Shown here: positions 51,142-60,620 of the stretch, one piece after another
Layout of the letters: each line of letters starts with the position of its first letter
Numbering within the stretch: position 1 is the first letter of the stretch
Origin: an uncultured Gammaproteobacteria bacterium
GTDB taxonomy: Bacteria; Pseudomonadota; Gammaproteobacteria; UBA4575
Assembly: GCA_951812785.1 (NCBI GenBank)
Contig: OX638335.1
Location: 1,849,712-1,913,711, forward strand
Reading direction: 5' to 3'
Length of the DNA stretch: 64,000 nt
Notes under the pieces: generated by a model
The model's input: only the letters and a program-made list of their open reading frames with translations
Told to the model about the DNA's origin: nothing
Databases searched by the model: none
Program-made: the position numbers and the translations under genes

Positions 51142-52698
51142 TTGCCTATTTTATTCTCAGTGCAATCTTTCCTGAAAAAATTATCCAGCAACTTTAATCT
51201 GTCAATTGCAGGAATGTTGCTAGGTTTGAGTCTAGCTTGCACAAGCATATTTACTTCAACTTGGTCGCCGTGGATTTTGTGCTTGGGACTGATCCTAATC
51301 ATATTAGCGTTTTGTAATTTATGGTCAAGCCATGTCATCCCTGCACAGCAAGTCAAGCACTGGACTCAAATGATTCGTGCTGGCGAATTGGGCGCAAAGT
51401 TTACGCACAAACCCAGCGGCGATTACATCAACATTTATCAGGATCTACAATTCATTGGCGAAATGTTGCAATCACTTTCAACTAACGCTGAAACACAGGT
51501 ACAGAAACATACTGACCACATTGCACAAAAAACTCGATCACTATCTATTTTATATGATGTCGCTAACAGTATTAACTTATCGAGAGATATTGACTCACTA
51601 TTAAGTCAGTTTCTTTTTAATATGACAGAGCTTGTAGATGCTCAAGCCGCTGTCGCTTACTTAGTTAACAATGATGATGAAGTTGAGTTGCTAACACATA
51701 TCAACAGTAACGAAGAGATCATTACTGAACATGCAAGACATTGTCTGATCAGCCACCCCAGCAACATTCAAGAAGACGGTTTTGGAATCTTAAGTATAAA
51801 ACTTTTAGATTGTGATGATATTTTCTGTAAAAAGTATTTCGCCAATGAAGAAATCTGCATCCTAGTTATACCACTGCAATATCAAGAGAAACTAATGGGC
51901 GCATACAACTTTTACGTCCGCAAAAATTCACTAATCAATTTTGAGGATTTTGATGAGTTGTTTACCAGTATTGGTCGACACCTAGGTGCAGCAATCGAAA
52001 AATCACACTTGGACAAAGAAACCACAGCTTTGTCGATCATGCGTGAACGTAATCATATATCTAACGAATTACATGACTCACTAGCACAAACACTAACCAG
52101 TATTCGCTTCCAAGTACGCGTGTTAGACGAAACCTTACATCAAGGTAATGAAGCTCAAAGCTGGGCCGAAATGGAGAAGATTGAAGCTTCGATTAATGAA
52201 GCACATACTGAGATTCGTGAACTAATTTCTCATTTTCGATCGCCTACTGTATTAGTCAGCCTTATTTCATCGATAGAACAATCAATTGATCGTTTTCGCC
52301 AAGTAAATGATGAAATTCAAGTGTTTTTCCAAAATGAGTGGCCAGAAATCACCTTACCAGCAGAAACAGAGTTCCATATTCTGCGTATAATTCAGGAGTC
52401 GCTAACCAACATAAGAAAACACAGTGACGCCGAAAATGTACGCATTATGATGTGTGCAAGCGGACCACACAGTTATAAAGTGCTAATAGAGGATGATGGC
52501 GTTGGATTTTCTAAGCCACAAACAAGCTATCATTCCGGTGAACATATCGGCTTATCGATTATGCAAGACCGAGCAAAGCGCTTTGACGGGGAGTTCACGC
52601 TAGAAAGTGAACCAGGCGAAGGCACACGAATTGTTTTAGAATTCACAGATAATGATCCATCCACAACCACAACTGACCAAATAAATAATGAGCTCTAA
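51142..52698 (+). CDS. Sensor histidine kinase, NarX/NarQ-like (2 TM, HAMP-like, GAF-like, HisKA_3, HATPase)
   Basis: H-box ISNELHDSLAQTLTS, N-box ESLTNIRKHS, G-box DDGVGF..GLSIM. The ORF-track start is a TTG; the true start is uncertain. Confidence 0.85.
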   Translation: MPILFSVQSFLKKLSSNFNLSIAGMLLGLSLACTSIFTSTWSPWILCLGLILIILAFCNLWSSHVIPAQQVKHWTQMIRAGELGAKFTHKPSGDYINIYQDLQFIGEMLQSLSTNAETQVQKHTDHIAQKTRSLSILYDVANSINLSRDIDSLLSQFLFNMTELVDAQAAVAYLVNNDDEVELLTHINSNEEIITEHARHCLISHPSNIQEDGFGILSIKLLDCDDIFCKKYFANEEICILVIPLQYQEKLMGAYNFYVRKNSLINFEDFDELFTSIGRHLGAAIEKSHLDKETTALSIMRERNHISNELHDSLAQTLTSIRFQVRVLDETLHQGNEAQSWAEMEKIEASINEAHTEIRELISHFRSPTVLVSLISSIEQSIDRFRQVNDEIQVFFQNEWPEITLPAETEFHILRIIQESLTNIRKHSDAENVRIMMCASGPHSYKVLIEDDGVGFSKPQTSYHSGEHIGLSIMQDRAKRFDGEFTLESEPGEGTRIVLEFTDNDPSTTTTDQINNEL

Positions 52699-53353
52699 TC
52701 TACGCGTACTGATTATTGATGACCACACTCTCTTTAGGGATGGCTTACAAGGCCTGCTGGAGCGACATAATATTGATGTTATTGGCTCATTAGGCGATGG
52801 TCACGAGGGTATCCGCCTGGCTCAAGAATTAAAGCCGGACATTATTCTTCTCGATATGCGTATGCCTAGCATTTCCGGTTTAGACGTATTAAAGCAATTG
52901 CAGCAAAATAATTTTGAAGCACCCATTGCCATGCTCACCACTAGTAATGACGAGCGTGATCTAGTCGAAGCGTTACGCAATGGCGCAAAAGGTTACTTAT
53001 TAAAAGACATGGATCCAGATGACGTGGTCGCGGCATTACGCGAAATCGTCAAAGGCGAAACGGTGGTTGCGCCTAATCTTACCCAAATATTAGCGCGCGT
53101 GGTTAAAGGCGAGCCCATTTTGGAATCTGAACCCAGCCCTATTGATGACTTAACTCCTAGAGAAGCCGAGATTTTAAGCTTGTTAGCAGAAGGCCAGAGC
53201 AACAAGGTGATTGCCAGAAACCTGGGTATTTCTGATGGCACAGTAAAATTGCATGTGAAAGCCATTCTGCGCAAATTAAATATTCATTCACGCGTAGAAG
53301 CTGCGGTGATTGCGGTTGAACAAGGACTTCGCGCCAACAAAAAACCACTGTAG
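52688..53353 (+). CDS. NarL/FixJ-family response regulator (REC plus LuxR-type HTH)
   Basis: VLIIDDH.., DIILLDMRMP, LTPREAEILSLLAEGQSNKVIARNLGISDGTVKLHV. Overlaps the kinase gene. Confidence 0.92.
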   Translation: MSSNLRVLIIDDHTLFRDGLQGLLERHNIDVIGSLGDGHEGIRLAQELKPDIILLDMRMPSISGLDVLKQLQQNNFEAPIAMLTTSNDERDLVEALRNGAKGYLLKDMDPDDVVAALREIVKGETVVAPNLTQILARVVKGEPILESEPSPIDDLTPREAEILSLLAEGQSNKVIARNLGISDGTVKLHVKAILRKLNIHSRVEAAVIAVEQGLRANKKPL

Positions 53354-53377
53354 TTTATTTCCACTGAAGTTGACTAA

Positions 53378-53806
53378 ATGAAAACGTTTGATCAGCTGGT
53401 CGCCGCAACGGCTGAGCATATTAGCGAATTAATGCCCTGGGATCTTGAACAAAAGCTTACTGACAACCAACCATTGTTATTAGTTGATGTGCGCGAAGCA
53501 GAAGAATTCAATGCCATGCATATTATCAATTCCATAAATATTCCACGTGGTATTCTAGAAGCAGCAGCAGAAACGGGTTATGACGAAACCAACTCAGAAC
53601 TAGCTAATGCACGAGAAAAAAACGTGTTGGTAATTTGTCGATCCGGCAAATGCAGCTGTATGGCCGCTTACACATTACAGCAGCTTGGCTTTCAGAATGT
53701 GGCATCACTCAGAACAGGTTTGCGCGGCTGGCATGACTATGACCAGCCGATGGCAGATCAGCACGACCACGAAGTTGACGGCGACTTCGCTGAGCACAAT
53801 ATCTAA
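53378..53806 (+). CDS. Single-domain rhodanese-like sulfurtransferase
   Basis: LLVDVRE.EEF...HI..SINIPRG and active-site loop ICRSGKCS. Confidence 0.82.
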   Translation: MKTFDQLVAATAEHISELMPWDLEQKLTDNQPLLLVDVREAEEFNAMHIINSINIPRGILEAAAETGYDETNSELANAREKNVLVICRSGKCSCMAAYTLQQLGFQNVASLRTGLRGWHDYDQPMADQHDHEVDGDFAEHNI

Positions 53807-54145
53807 GACCACATGTTAGCTAGCTAATGCGTTATATACTAACTAGCGTCGTCATTTTAGTTACTCTAGTTTGAAGCGCTTTTTATATGACAGGAATTTT
53901 TAACACTTAACCTTATTCGTACAGTAGACATGAAACCTTGGCAAAGAAATCGGTTCGCATTAGTCGCAGTGATTTTCGCAACTATAATCACCACCAATAT
54001 CCCTGGTTTAACCACAGCACAAATTGTGTCACTGACTGCACTATATATTTTATTATTTTTTCTATATCTGAAATTTTTTAATCGCTATCAGAAATAATTT
54101 TGTGTGATTTCTATATAACTCACCTCCCCTAAAATACATCCTATC

Positions 54146-54237
54146 ATGCCCATGCAAATGGGCATCCAGTAATATATGACACCACTTTAATTTGCTTCCC
54201 AGATTTAGATAGACTGGATTCCCGCCTGCGTGGGAAT
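54146..54237. repeat. Two intergenic hairpins, REP-like
   Basis: atgcccat-gcaa-atgggcat (54146-54165) and attccc-gcctgcgt-gggaat (54218-54237). The second resembles the cccgc..gcgggaat extragenic palindromes seen in several gammaproteobacteria. There is only one copy here. Confidence 0.35.
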
Positions 54238-54286
54238 AACGCATAGGGCTGGAATAACCTGGAAAGTTTTATATAACCTAAAGAAT

Positions 54287-54631
54287 TTAATCGTAATGTT
54301 TATGATACGCTCTTCTAGCACCTGCTCTTTGCGTAATCACACCACGCACGACACTTGGGCCTTCTATTTCAACAGGCTTATACCCTGGATTAATCGGTCG
54401 TAAAAAAAACTTCCCACCTTGTTGAAAAAGTTGACGAAAAATATACTCTCCATCTATTTCTGCGATCACATATCTACCGCTTTCCACATTAGCAGCAGGA
54501 TCAATAATAATAATGCAGCCATCTTTGAATTCTGGCTCCATGCTATCGCCTAGCACACGCAGTGCGAATGGCTCATCACTGGCACAGCCACCGCCAGCAT
54601 CGAGGTCTAATAACTCTGGATTGTCACTCAT
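54287..54631 (-). CDS. Stand-alone S24 (LexA/UmuD-type) peptidase domain protein without HTH
   Basis: FALRVLGDSMEPEF (Ser motif) and the downstream beta-core. 114 aa. Start overlaps the ABC pseudogene stop (ATGA). Confidence 0.78.
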   Translation of the reverse strand: MSDNPELLDLDAGGGCASDEPFALRVLGDSMEPEFKDGCIIIIDPAANVESGRYVIAEIDGEYIFRQLFQQGGKFFLRPINPGYKPVEIEGPSVVRGVITQRAGARRAYHKHYD

Positions 54632-56438
54632 AATATTTGATTTATTGATTTGTCTTGTTCAGCGTCTTTTTGTTGTAAAGTCCACAGCTGTGAGTATAAC
54701 CGATTCCCTGCGAGTAATTGAGCATGCGTACCTTGCTCCACTACTTTCCCACTATCGACCACATAAATTTTGTCAGCATCAACAACGGTTGATAAGCGAT
54801 GCGCAATCATTAAAGAAGTGACATTTTTTATGACCTCCTGAATCGCCTTCATTACTGCCACTTCTGTGTTTGTATCCAAGCTAGAAGTAGCTTCATCAAA
54901 TACAATAATTTTCGGTTTCTTGAGGATCGCACGAGCAATAGCAACACGTTGTACTTCACCGCCAGACAATTTCAAGCCGCGTTCACCAACCACGGCATCT
55001 AAACCATCGGGTAACTTAGCAATTAATTTATCCAGATTTGCCAATGACACGGCTTGTTGTAATTCTTGTTCGCTTGCTTGCGGATTACCATATTGAATAT
55101 TAAAACGAATGATTTCGTTAAATAGCATAGTATCTTGCGGCACCATACTGATATGACTACGCAAACTATCTTGGCTACAGTTTGCAATGTTTTCGCCATC
55201 CACATAAATGCCGCCTTCACTCACGTCATAAAACCTAAACAGCAAGCGCGCGATAGTAGATTTACCTGAACCAGATGGGCCTACCACTGCAACTTTTTAC
55301 CCTGGCTTAATTTCCAATGACACTTGATCAAGTATGTTGCGATCTGGCGTATATGAAAAACTTACATTATCAAAGCAAATAGCGCCATCAGTGATTTTCA
55401 GAACACTAGCATTAGCTTGATCTTGTACTTCTGGTAATTTTTCTAACAACTTAGCTAGCAAATCCATATCCGCTAATGAATATGTGATTTGTCGATACAC
55501 AATTCCCAACATGTTCATGGGCACAAATAATTGCAGCATTAACGCATTCACTAACACTAAGTCACCAATAGTCATTTCACCAGCGACTACACCTTGCGCA
55601 GCAAATATCATAATCCCAGTCACCCTTAAAGCAATAATGGTTGCCTGACCAAAATTTAATAACGACATAGTGAAAGTGCTTTTAACTGAGACTTGCTCCC
55701 ACTTACTCAAGGTTTTGGCATACCGATCCACTTCATATTCCTCATTATTAAAATATTTCACTGTCTCGTAATTGAGCAAACTATCGACTGCTTGAGAGTG
55801 GACTTCAGAATCTAATTTATTTGCAAGATGGCGATAGTGCATACGCCAATTGGTAAACAGAATGGCGAAAACCACGTACGCAGCCACAGTAACCAAAGTA
55901 ATCAGTGTGAATTGAACACTATAGGCACTGAATTAAATTGCTGTCACTAGCAGTATTTCAAACACAGTGGGAATCACAATAAACACAAAGTAATTTGATA
56001 AAGAGCTGAGACTTTGGGTGCCACGCTCCAGATCGCGCGTTACCGAGCCGGTGCGACGATCCAAGTGAAAGCGCAAAGATAGCTGGTGCAAATGAACCAG
56101 CACTTCGGATGACAACCGCCTTATGGCGTGGAAACGTGCACGCGCAAAGAACACATCACGTAATTCATTGAATAATCAGTGGAAAGACGCAATACGCCGT
56201 AACCCAACAGCAATACGATAGGCAGTTGTAGAACGATTTTTTCCATATTGAGCGAATCGACAATATGCTTAAGCACCAACGGTACGGCCACCGTGGCAAC
56301 CTTTGCGGCAATCAAACAGCCAAGTGCCAGCAATATACGCCCGCGAAATTCCCATAAATAAGGAAAAAGGCGGCGCAAATTTTTCCAATCTGTACGAGTT
56401 GTGTGCGGATCTTCGGTACGCGCGTGAATTCCTTTCAT
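54628..56438 (-). pseudogene. ATM1/HMT1-type ABC exporter (fused TMD-NBD), inactivated by one frameshift and two in-frame TAA codons
   Basis: Four ORF pieces align in order to one roughly 600 aa half-transporter. The frameshift is near 56175-56181 (LRLST / LFNELRDVFFARARF). There is a TAA at 55933-55935 (..LLVTAI*FSAYSVQF..). A second TAA lies at 55297-55299, inside ..LEIKPG*KVAVVGPSGSGKST (Walker A). LSGGEVQRVAIARA and IVFDEATS are intact. Confidence 0.9.
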
Positions 56439-56683
56439 GGCACTTTATTTATCCCTATTCAAAATTATTTTTACTCATAAAGTTAATAAAAAATTTCTAT
56501 TTAACTTAATAAACTAGTTTTAGCTCACTTTCATTTATTCTTAAAATTGTAAGTCCACAATCGTACGCATTATTTTTATTTCGAGCTTGTTATTTACAAG
56601 TGAAGCTTGACATACACTACACGATAGTGCAGCGTATGTATAACTTATGTAATTAAAAAAACCAAGAAATAGAATGGCAACCT

Positions 56684-57258
56684 GTGATGAAAGAATTAAG
56701 CGAAGATGCTGTAAACAAAGAAACCCCAGAAGCTCGAATAGCTGCTGCAAGCAATTTGCCTCTGCCGATAAATTTAACAAAAGGTCAAGCAACACAAGAT
56801 GAAGAGCTGTTGCGATTTGAAAGCAACACATCGACAGACACAAAAGCAGGTAAAGTTCTGAGAGAGAATTTCGCAGAACAAAATCAGCTATTACACCACA
56901 ACTTTGATCGTCTTATCGACAAAACGGGCGCAAAAATAGATGCAGGAGAATTAGACCAGATTGGTTATGACGTAGATAAGGCTTTGCAGAATCGGATGCA
57001 AGTCTAGCGAAATTCAAAAATATTATTAGCGAGTTAGAAAAATCTGGGAAATTAAATTTAATTTTTGAAAAAGAAATAGCTGATTACTTACGATCGTTGA
57101 ATAGAGCTGCAAAAAGCATTTTGAACATTCCGCCAACCCAAACCGCGGCAGAAGCTTGGCTTAACAAGCTTGAAAATATACCGGAAATTTCTGCGAAAGC
57201 AATCGCGTTTTTAGGAAAAAGGAAAGAAGAAAACGTGCGCCGCGTTAGCGGGTTATAA
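56684..57258 (+). pseudogene. Unknown gene, apparently frameshifted (107 aa ORF plus about 84 codons of start-less open frame)
   Basis: The ORF at 56684-57007 ends ..ALQNRMQV*. Another frame is open from 56980 to 57258 with no start codon (..LAKFKNIISELEKSGKLNLIFEKEIADYLRSLNRAAKSIL..VRRVSGL*). No family recognised. Confidence 0.45.
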
Positions 57259-57373
57259 GAATGTGAATGTAAAAAAAAACAAAAATCGAAAGATGTTGAA
57301 ATACAGAGGGGTCAAACACTTTATGGGTAAGGAAGAATAATGACAGCATCTGCAAACTTATCAGCCCGAAATT

Positions 57374-57706
57374 GTGCCCGGCGGTGATCGACTCGACGAA
57401 GAAAAAAGAAGAAGAACTAAAGAGTGGATGGCTGAGCGAAGAAAGATTTTTGCAGAGACGCAAGCAGAAGGTTTGGAGCTCGGCTTAAGTCGAAAAGAAG
57501 CTAATAAATTAGTGTATGAAAAAATAAGCGAGCCCAGCGAAACAGGCAAAGGAATTGCCGAAGCCCTGGTGACAGCGGGAAGTGCAATGACCGGCGGAAC
57601 CGTCGGCGCAATTGCTGGTGGGATTTTAGGAGTGACTGAATCTGTGATCGGAAATTTAACAGATGAAGGATTTTCATATCGCGACGCGCGCAAAAGAGAG
57701 TCTTAA
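57374..57706 (+). CDS. Hypothetical protein with glycine-zipper segment, stop overlapping the nrdA start
   Basis: GTG-start ORF. Charged N-half, then GGTVGAIAGGILG (GxxxGxxxGxxxG). TAATG overlap with nrdA. Confidence 0.4.
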   Translation: MPGGDRLDEEKRRRTKEWMAERRKIFAETQAEGLELGLSRKEANKLVYEKISEPSETGKGIAEALVTAGSAMTGGTVGAIAGGILGVTESVIGNLTDEGFSYRDARKRES

Positions 57707-60558
57707 TGCAACCTAATAATACAACTACACCCCTCGCAGATGTCCCCAGCGAGCTAGAATTACAGTCTACAGCATCTAATCACTATAGAGTAATCCGCCG
57801 AAACGGAAAAGTCACTCGCTTTAATCGCGACAAAATCACCATTGCAGTCACTAAGGCATTCCTCGCAGTCGAGGGAGACGCAGCAGCGTCATCAACGCGT
57901 GTTCATGACACTGTCGCTCAGCTAACACTGAGCGTAGAAGGTGCGCTGACTCGCAATCAGCACAATGGCGGCACGTTCCATATCGAGGATATTCAGGATC
58001 AAGTCGAGCTTGCACTCATGAGAGCTGGCCACCATCAAGTGGCTCGTGATTACGTGCTATACCGTGAGCAACGTGCATTAGAGCGCACTGAAAAGCAACA
58101 GGTCGCGCAACAAACAGCGGACGGCATCAGCATTAATGTGACGGATGCGGCTGGCAACGTAACACCACTTGATATTCAACGAATGAGCACGGTTGTAGAC
58201 GATGCCTGTCACCATCTAGACAATGTCTCAGCACAACTCATTATTAATGATACGCTCCGCAACTTATATGACGGTGTGCCAGAGCGCGATGTCTCTACAG
58301 CAGTCACGATGAGCGCACGCGCACTCATCGAACGTGAGCCTAATTACACCTATGTTGCAGCACGTTTGCTGCTTGATCACCTTCGTTGCGAAGCACTTAG
58401 CCATATTTTTGGCACACCTAGCCGAGCGACTCAGGCAGACATGACAACTGAGTATGCCATTTACTTTGAAAACTATATTGAAGCCGCCGCCGCGCGTGGG
58501 TTAATCGATGCGAGATTAGCGCAAGAGTACGATCTAAAAGCACTCGGCACTGCACTGGACCCTGCACGTGATTACAAGTTTACTTACCTAGGTCTACAAA
58601 CGCTGTACGACCGCTACTTTATTCATACTCAAGAAGGCACTCGCATAGAATTGCCGCAGGCTTTCTTCATGCGCGTGGCGATGGGCTTAGCGATTAATGA
58701 AGTAGACCGCGAAACACGTACTATTGAGTTTTATCGCTTACTGTCTTCTTTTGATTTTATGAGTTCTACTCCAACATTATTTAATGCAGGCACATTACGA
58801 CCCCAGTTATCGTCTTGCTATCTGACCACGGTGCCCGATAATCTGAGCGGCATCTTTGACTCAATTAAAGATGATGCCATGCTATCTAAGTTTGCTGGTG
58901 GCCTGGGCAATGACTGGTCACGTGTTCGCGCCATGGGGTCACACATCAAGGGCACTAACGGGAAATCTCAAGGCGTTGTGCCTTTTCTGAAGGTTGCCAA
59001 CGATACTGCGGTGGCAGTCAACCAGGGCGGCAAGCGCAAAGGGGCGATGTGTGCTTACCTTGAAACCTGGCACCTGGATATTGAAGAGTTCTTAGACTTA
59101 CGCAAGAACACGGGTGATGATCGCCGCCGTACTCATGATATGAATACGGCGCACTGGATTCCTGATGTATTCATGAAGCGTGTGAGTCAACAAGGTGAGT
59201 GGACCTTGTTCTCACCGGATGACACTCCTGACTTACATGGCTTATATGGTGCAGCGTTTGAAACGCGTTACTGTGAGTACGAGCACCTCGCAGACGCCGG
59301 CGAAGTGACACACTATAAACGCGTTCCTGCGGTTGATTTATGGCGCAAGATGTTAAGCATGTTGTACGAAACAGGGCATCCATGGATCACATTTAAAGAT
59401 CCTTGCAACATCCGTTCGCCACAGCGTCATAGCGGGACAGTGCATTCATCTAACCTGTGTACTGAAATAACCTTGAATACATCAGATGATGAAATCGCTG
59501 TATGTAATTTGGGCTCGGTCAACTTGGCGGCGCATATTACTGAGCACGGGTTAGACCAAGAAAAGTTAGCAAAGACGATTAACACCGCTTTGCGCATGCT
59601 CGATAACGTGATTGACATCAACTATTACAGTGTTGATAAAGCACGTGATTCAAACATGCGCCACCGCCCGATCGGTCTGGGCTTAATGGGTTTCCAAGAT
59701 GCGCTGTATCAGTTACGTATTCCTTACGCAAGTGAGCAAGCCGTTGAGTTTGCTGATCTCTCGATGGAGATGATCAGCTACTACGCGATTCACGCCTCAA
59801 CTGATCTTGCGGTAGAGCGTGGCACTTACGTCTCTTACGAAGGCTCGTTATGGTCTCAAGGTGTGTTGCCGATCGACTCTGTTGAGTTGTTAGAAAAAGA
59901 ACGCGGTGGAGACTTAACAGTAGATCGCTCGACAACGTTGGATTGGGACACATTACGCACACGCGTGCAGTCTGTTGGGATGCGCCATTCAAACACCATG
60001 GCCATTGCACCCACCGCGACAATATCGAATATTTGCGGTGTCACTCAGAGTATTGAGCCGACATACCAAAACCTGTTTGTTAAGTCGAACTTGTCTGGTG
60101 AGTTCACCGTCTCTAACCCCTATCTCATTGCTGACCTTAAGCGACACAACTTATGGGATAACGTGATGATCAATGATCTTAAATACTATGACGGTAGCGT
60201 ACAACACATTGATCGTGTCCCTGATGACATTAAAAACATGTATCGCACGGCGTTTGAAATCGATCCGCGCTGGTTAATTGAAGCGGCATCGCGCCGCCAA
60301 AAATGGATCGATCAAGCACAATCCCTTAATCTGTATATGGCTGAACCCTCCGGGCAAAAGATGGACAACTTGTACACATTAGCCTGGGTACGTGGATTAA
60401 AAACCACGTATTACTTACGTTCTATGGGTGCAACTCACGTTGAAAAGAGCACCATGCAACATCACCAAGAAAACAAGCTCAACGCCGTGCAACAACGCGC
60501 ACTGAGCACACCAAGCGCATGTTCATTGCTTGACTCTGATTGCGATGCTTGTGAGTAA
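57706..60558 (+). CDS. nrdA: Class Ia ribonucleotide reductase alpha subunit (long, Pseudomonas-type N-terminus with extra ATP-cone)
   Basis: 950 aa. YRVIRRNGKVTRFNRDKITIAVTKAFL ATP-cone, active-site SNLCTEI and NLGSVNL, C-terminal CxxC-type tail (..SDCDACE). Confidence 0.96.
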   Translation: MQPNNTTTPLADVPSELELQSTASNHYRVIRRNGKVTRFNRDKITIAVTKAFLAVEGDAAASSTRVHDTVAQLTLSVEGALTRNQHNGGTFHIEDIQDQVELALMRAGHHQVARDYVLYREQRALERTEKQQVAQQTADGISINVTDAAGNVTPLDIQRMSTVVDDACHHLDNVSAQLIINDTLRNLYDGVPERDVSTAVTMSARALIEREPNYTYVAARLLLDHLRCEALSHIFGTPSRATQADMTTEYAIYFENYIEAAAARGLIDARLAQEYDLKALGTALDPARDYKFTYLGLQTLYDRYFIHTQEGTRIELPQAFFMRVAMGLAINEVDRETRTIEFYRLLSSFDFMSSTPTLFNAGTLRPQLSSCYLTTVPDNLSGIFDSIKDDAMLSKFAGGLGNDWSRVRAMGSHIKGTNGKSQGVVPFLKVANDTAVAVNQGGKRKGAMCAYLETWHLDIEEFLDLRKNTGDDRRRTHDMNTAHWIPDVFMKRVSQQGEWTLFSPDDTPDLHGLYGAAFETRYCEYEHLADAGEVTHYKRVPAVDLWRKMLSMLYETGHPWITFKDPCNIRSPQRHSGTVHSSNLCTEITLNTSDDEIAVCNLGSVNLAAHITEHGLDQEKLAKTINTALRMLDNVIDINYYSVDKARDSNMRHRPIGLGLMGFQDALYQLRIPYASEQAVEFADLSMEMISYYAIHASTDLAVERGTYVSYEGSLWSQGVLPIDSVELLEKERGGDLTVDRSTTLDWDTLRTRVQSVGMRHSNTMAIAPTATISNICGVTQSIEPTYQNLFVKSNLSGEFTVSNPYLIADLKRHNLWDNVMINDLKYYDGSVQHIDRVPDDIKNMYRTAFEIDPRWLIEAASRRQKWIDQAQSLNLYMAEPSGQKMDNLYTLAWVRGLKTTYYLRSMGATHVEKSTMQHHQENKLNAVQQRALSTPSACSLLDSDCDACE

Positions 60559-60620
60559 TTAAGCGCACTTATCGATATTGATAGATATCGATCAACTTTG
60601 AATAAATTGATAGGAAAAAA

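Noticed and set aside
53930-54244. A 55-codon hydrophobic ORF (53930-54097, plus strand) and a 60 aa minus-strand ORF (54062-54244) in the rhodanese/S24 intergenic region.
   Set aside because: Both are very short, with no SD and no recognisable family. The minus-strand ORF simply reads through the two REP-like hairpins. I cannot support either as a gene.
56610-56639. An imperfect palindrome, acatac-ACTAcacgaTAGT-gcagcgtatgt, considered as a possible NrdR box.
   Set aside because: It has an odd-centred 15-mer rather than the 16-bp NrdR consensus, no second box at the expected spacing, and lies more than 1 kb upstream of nrdA with other ORFs between.
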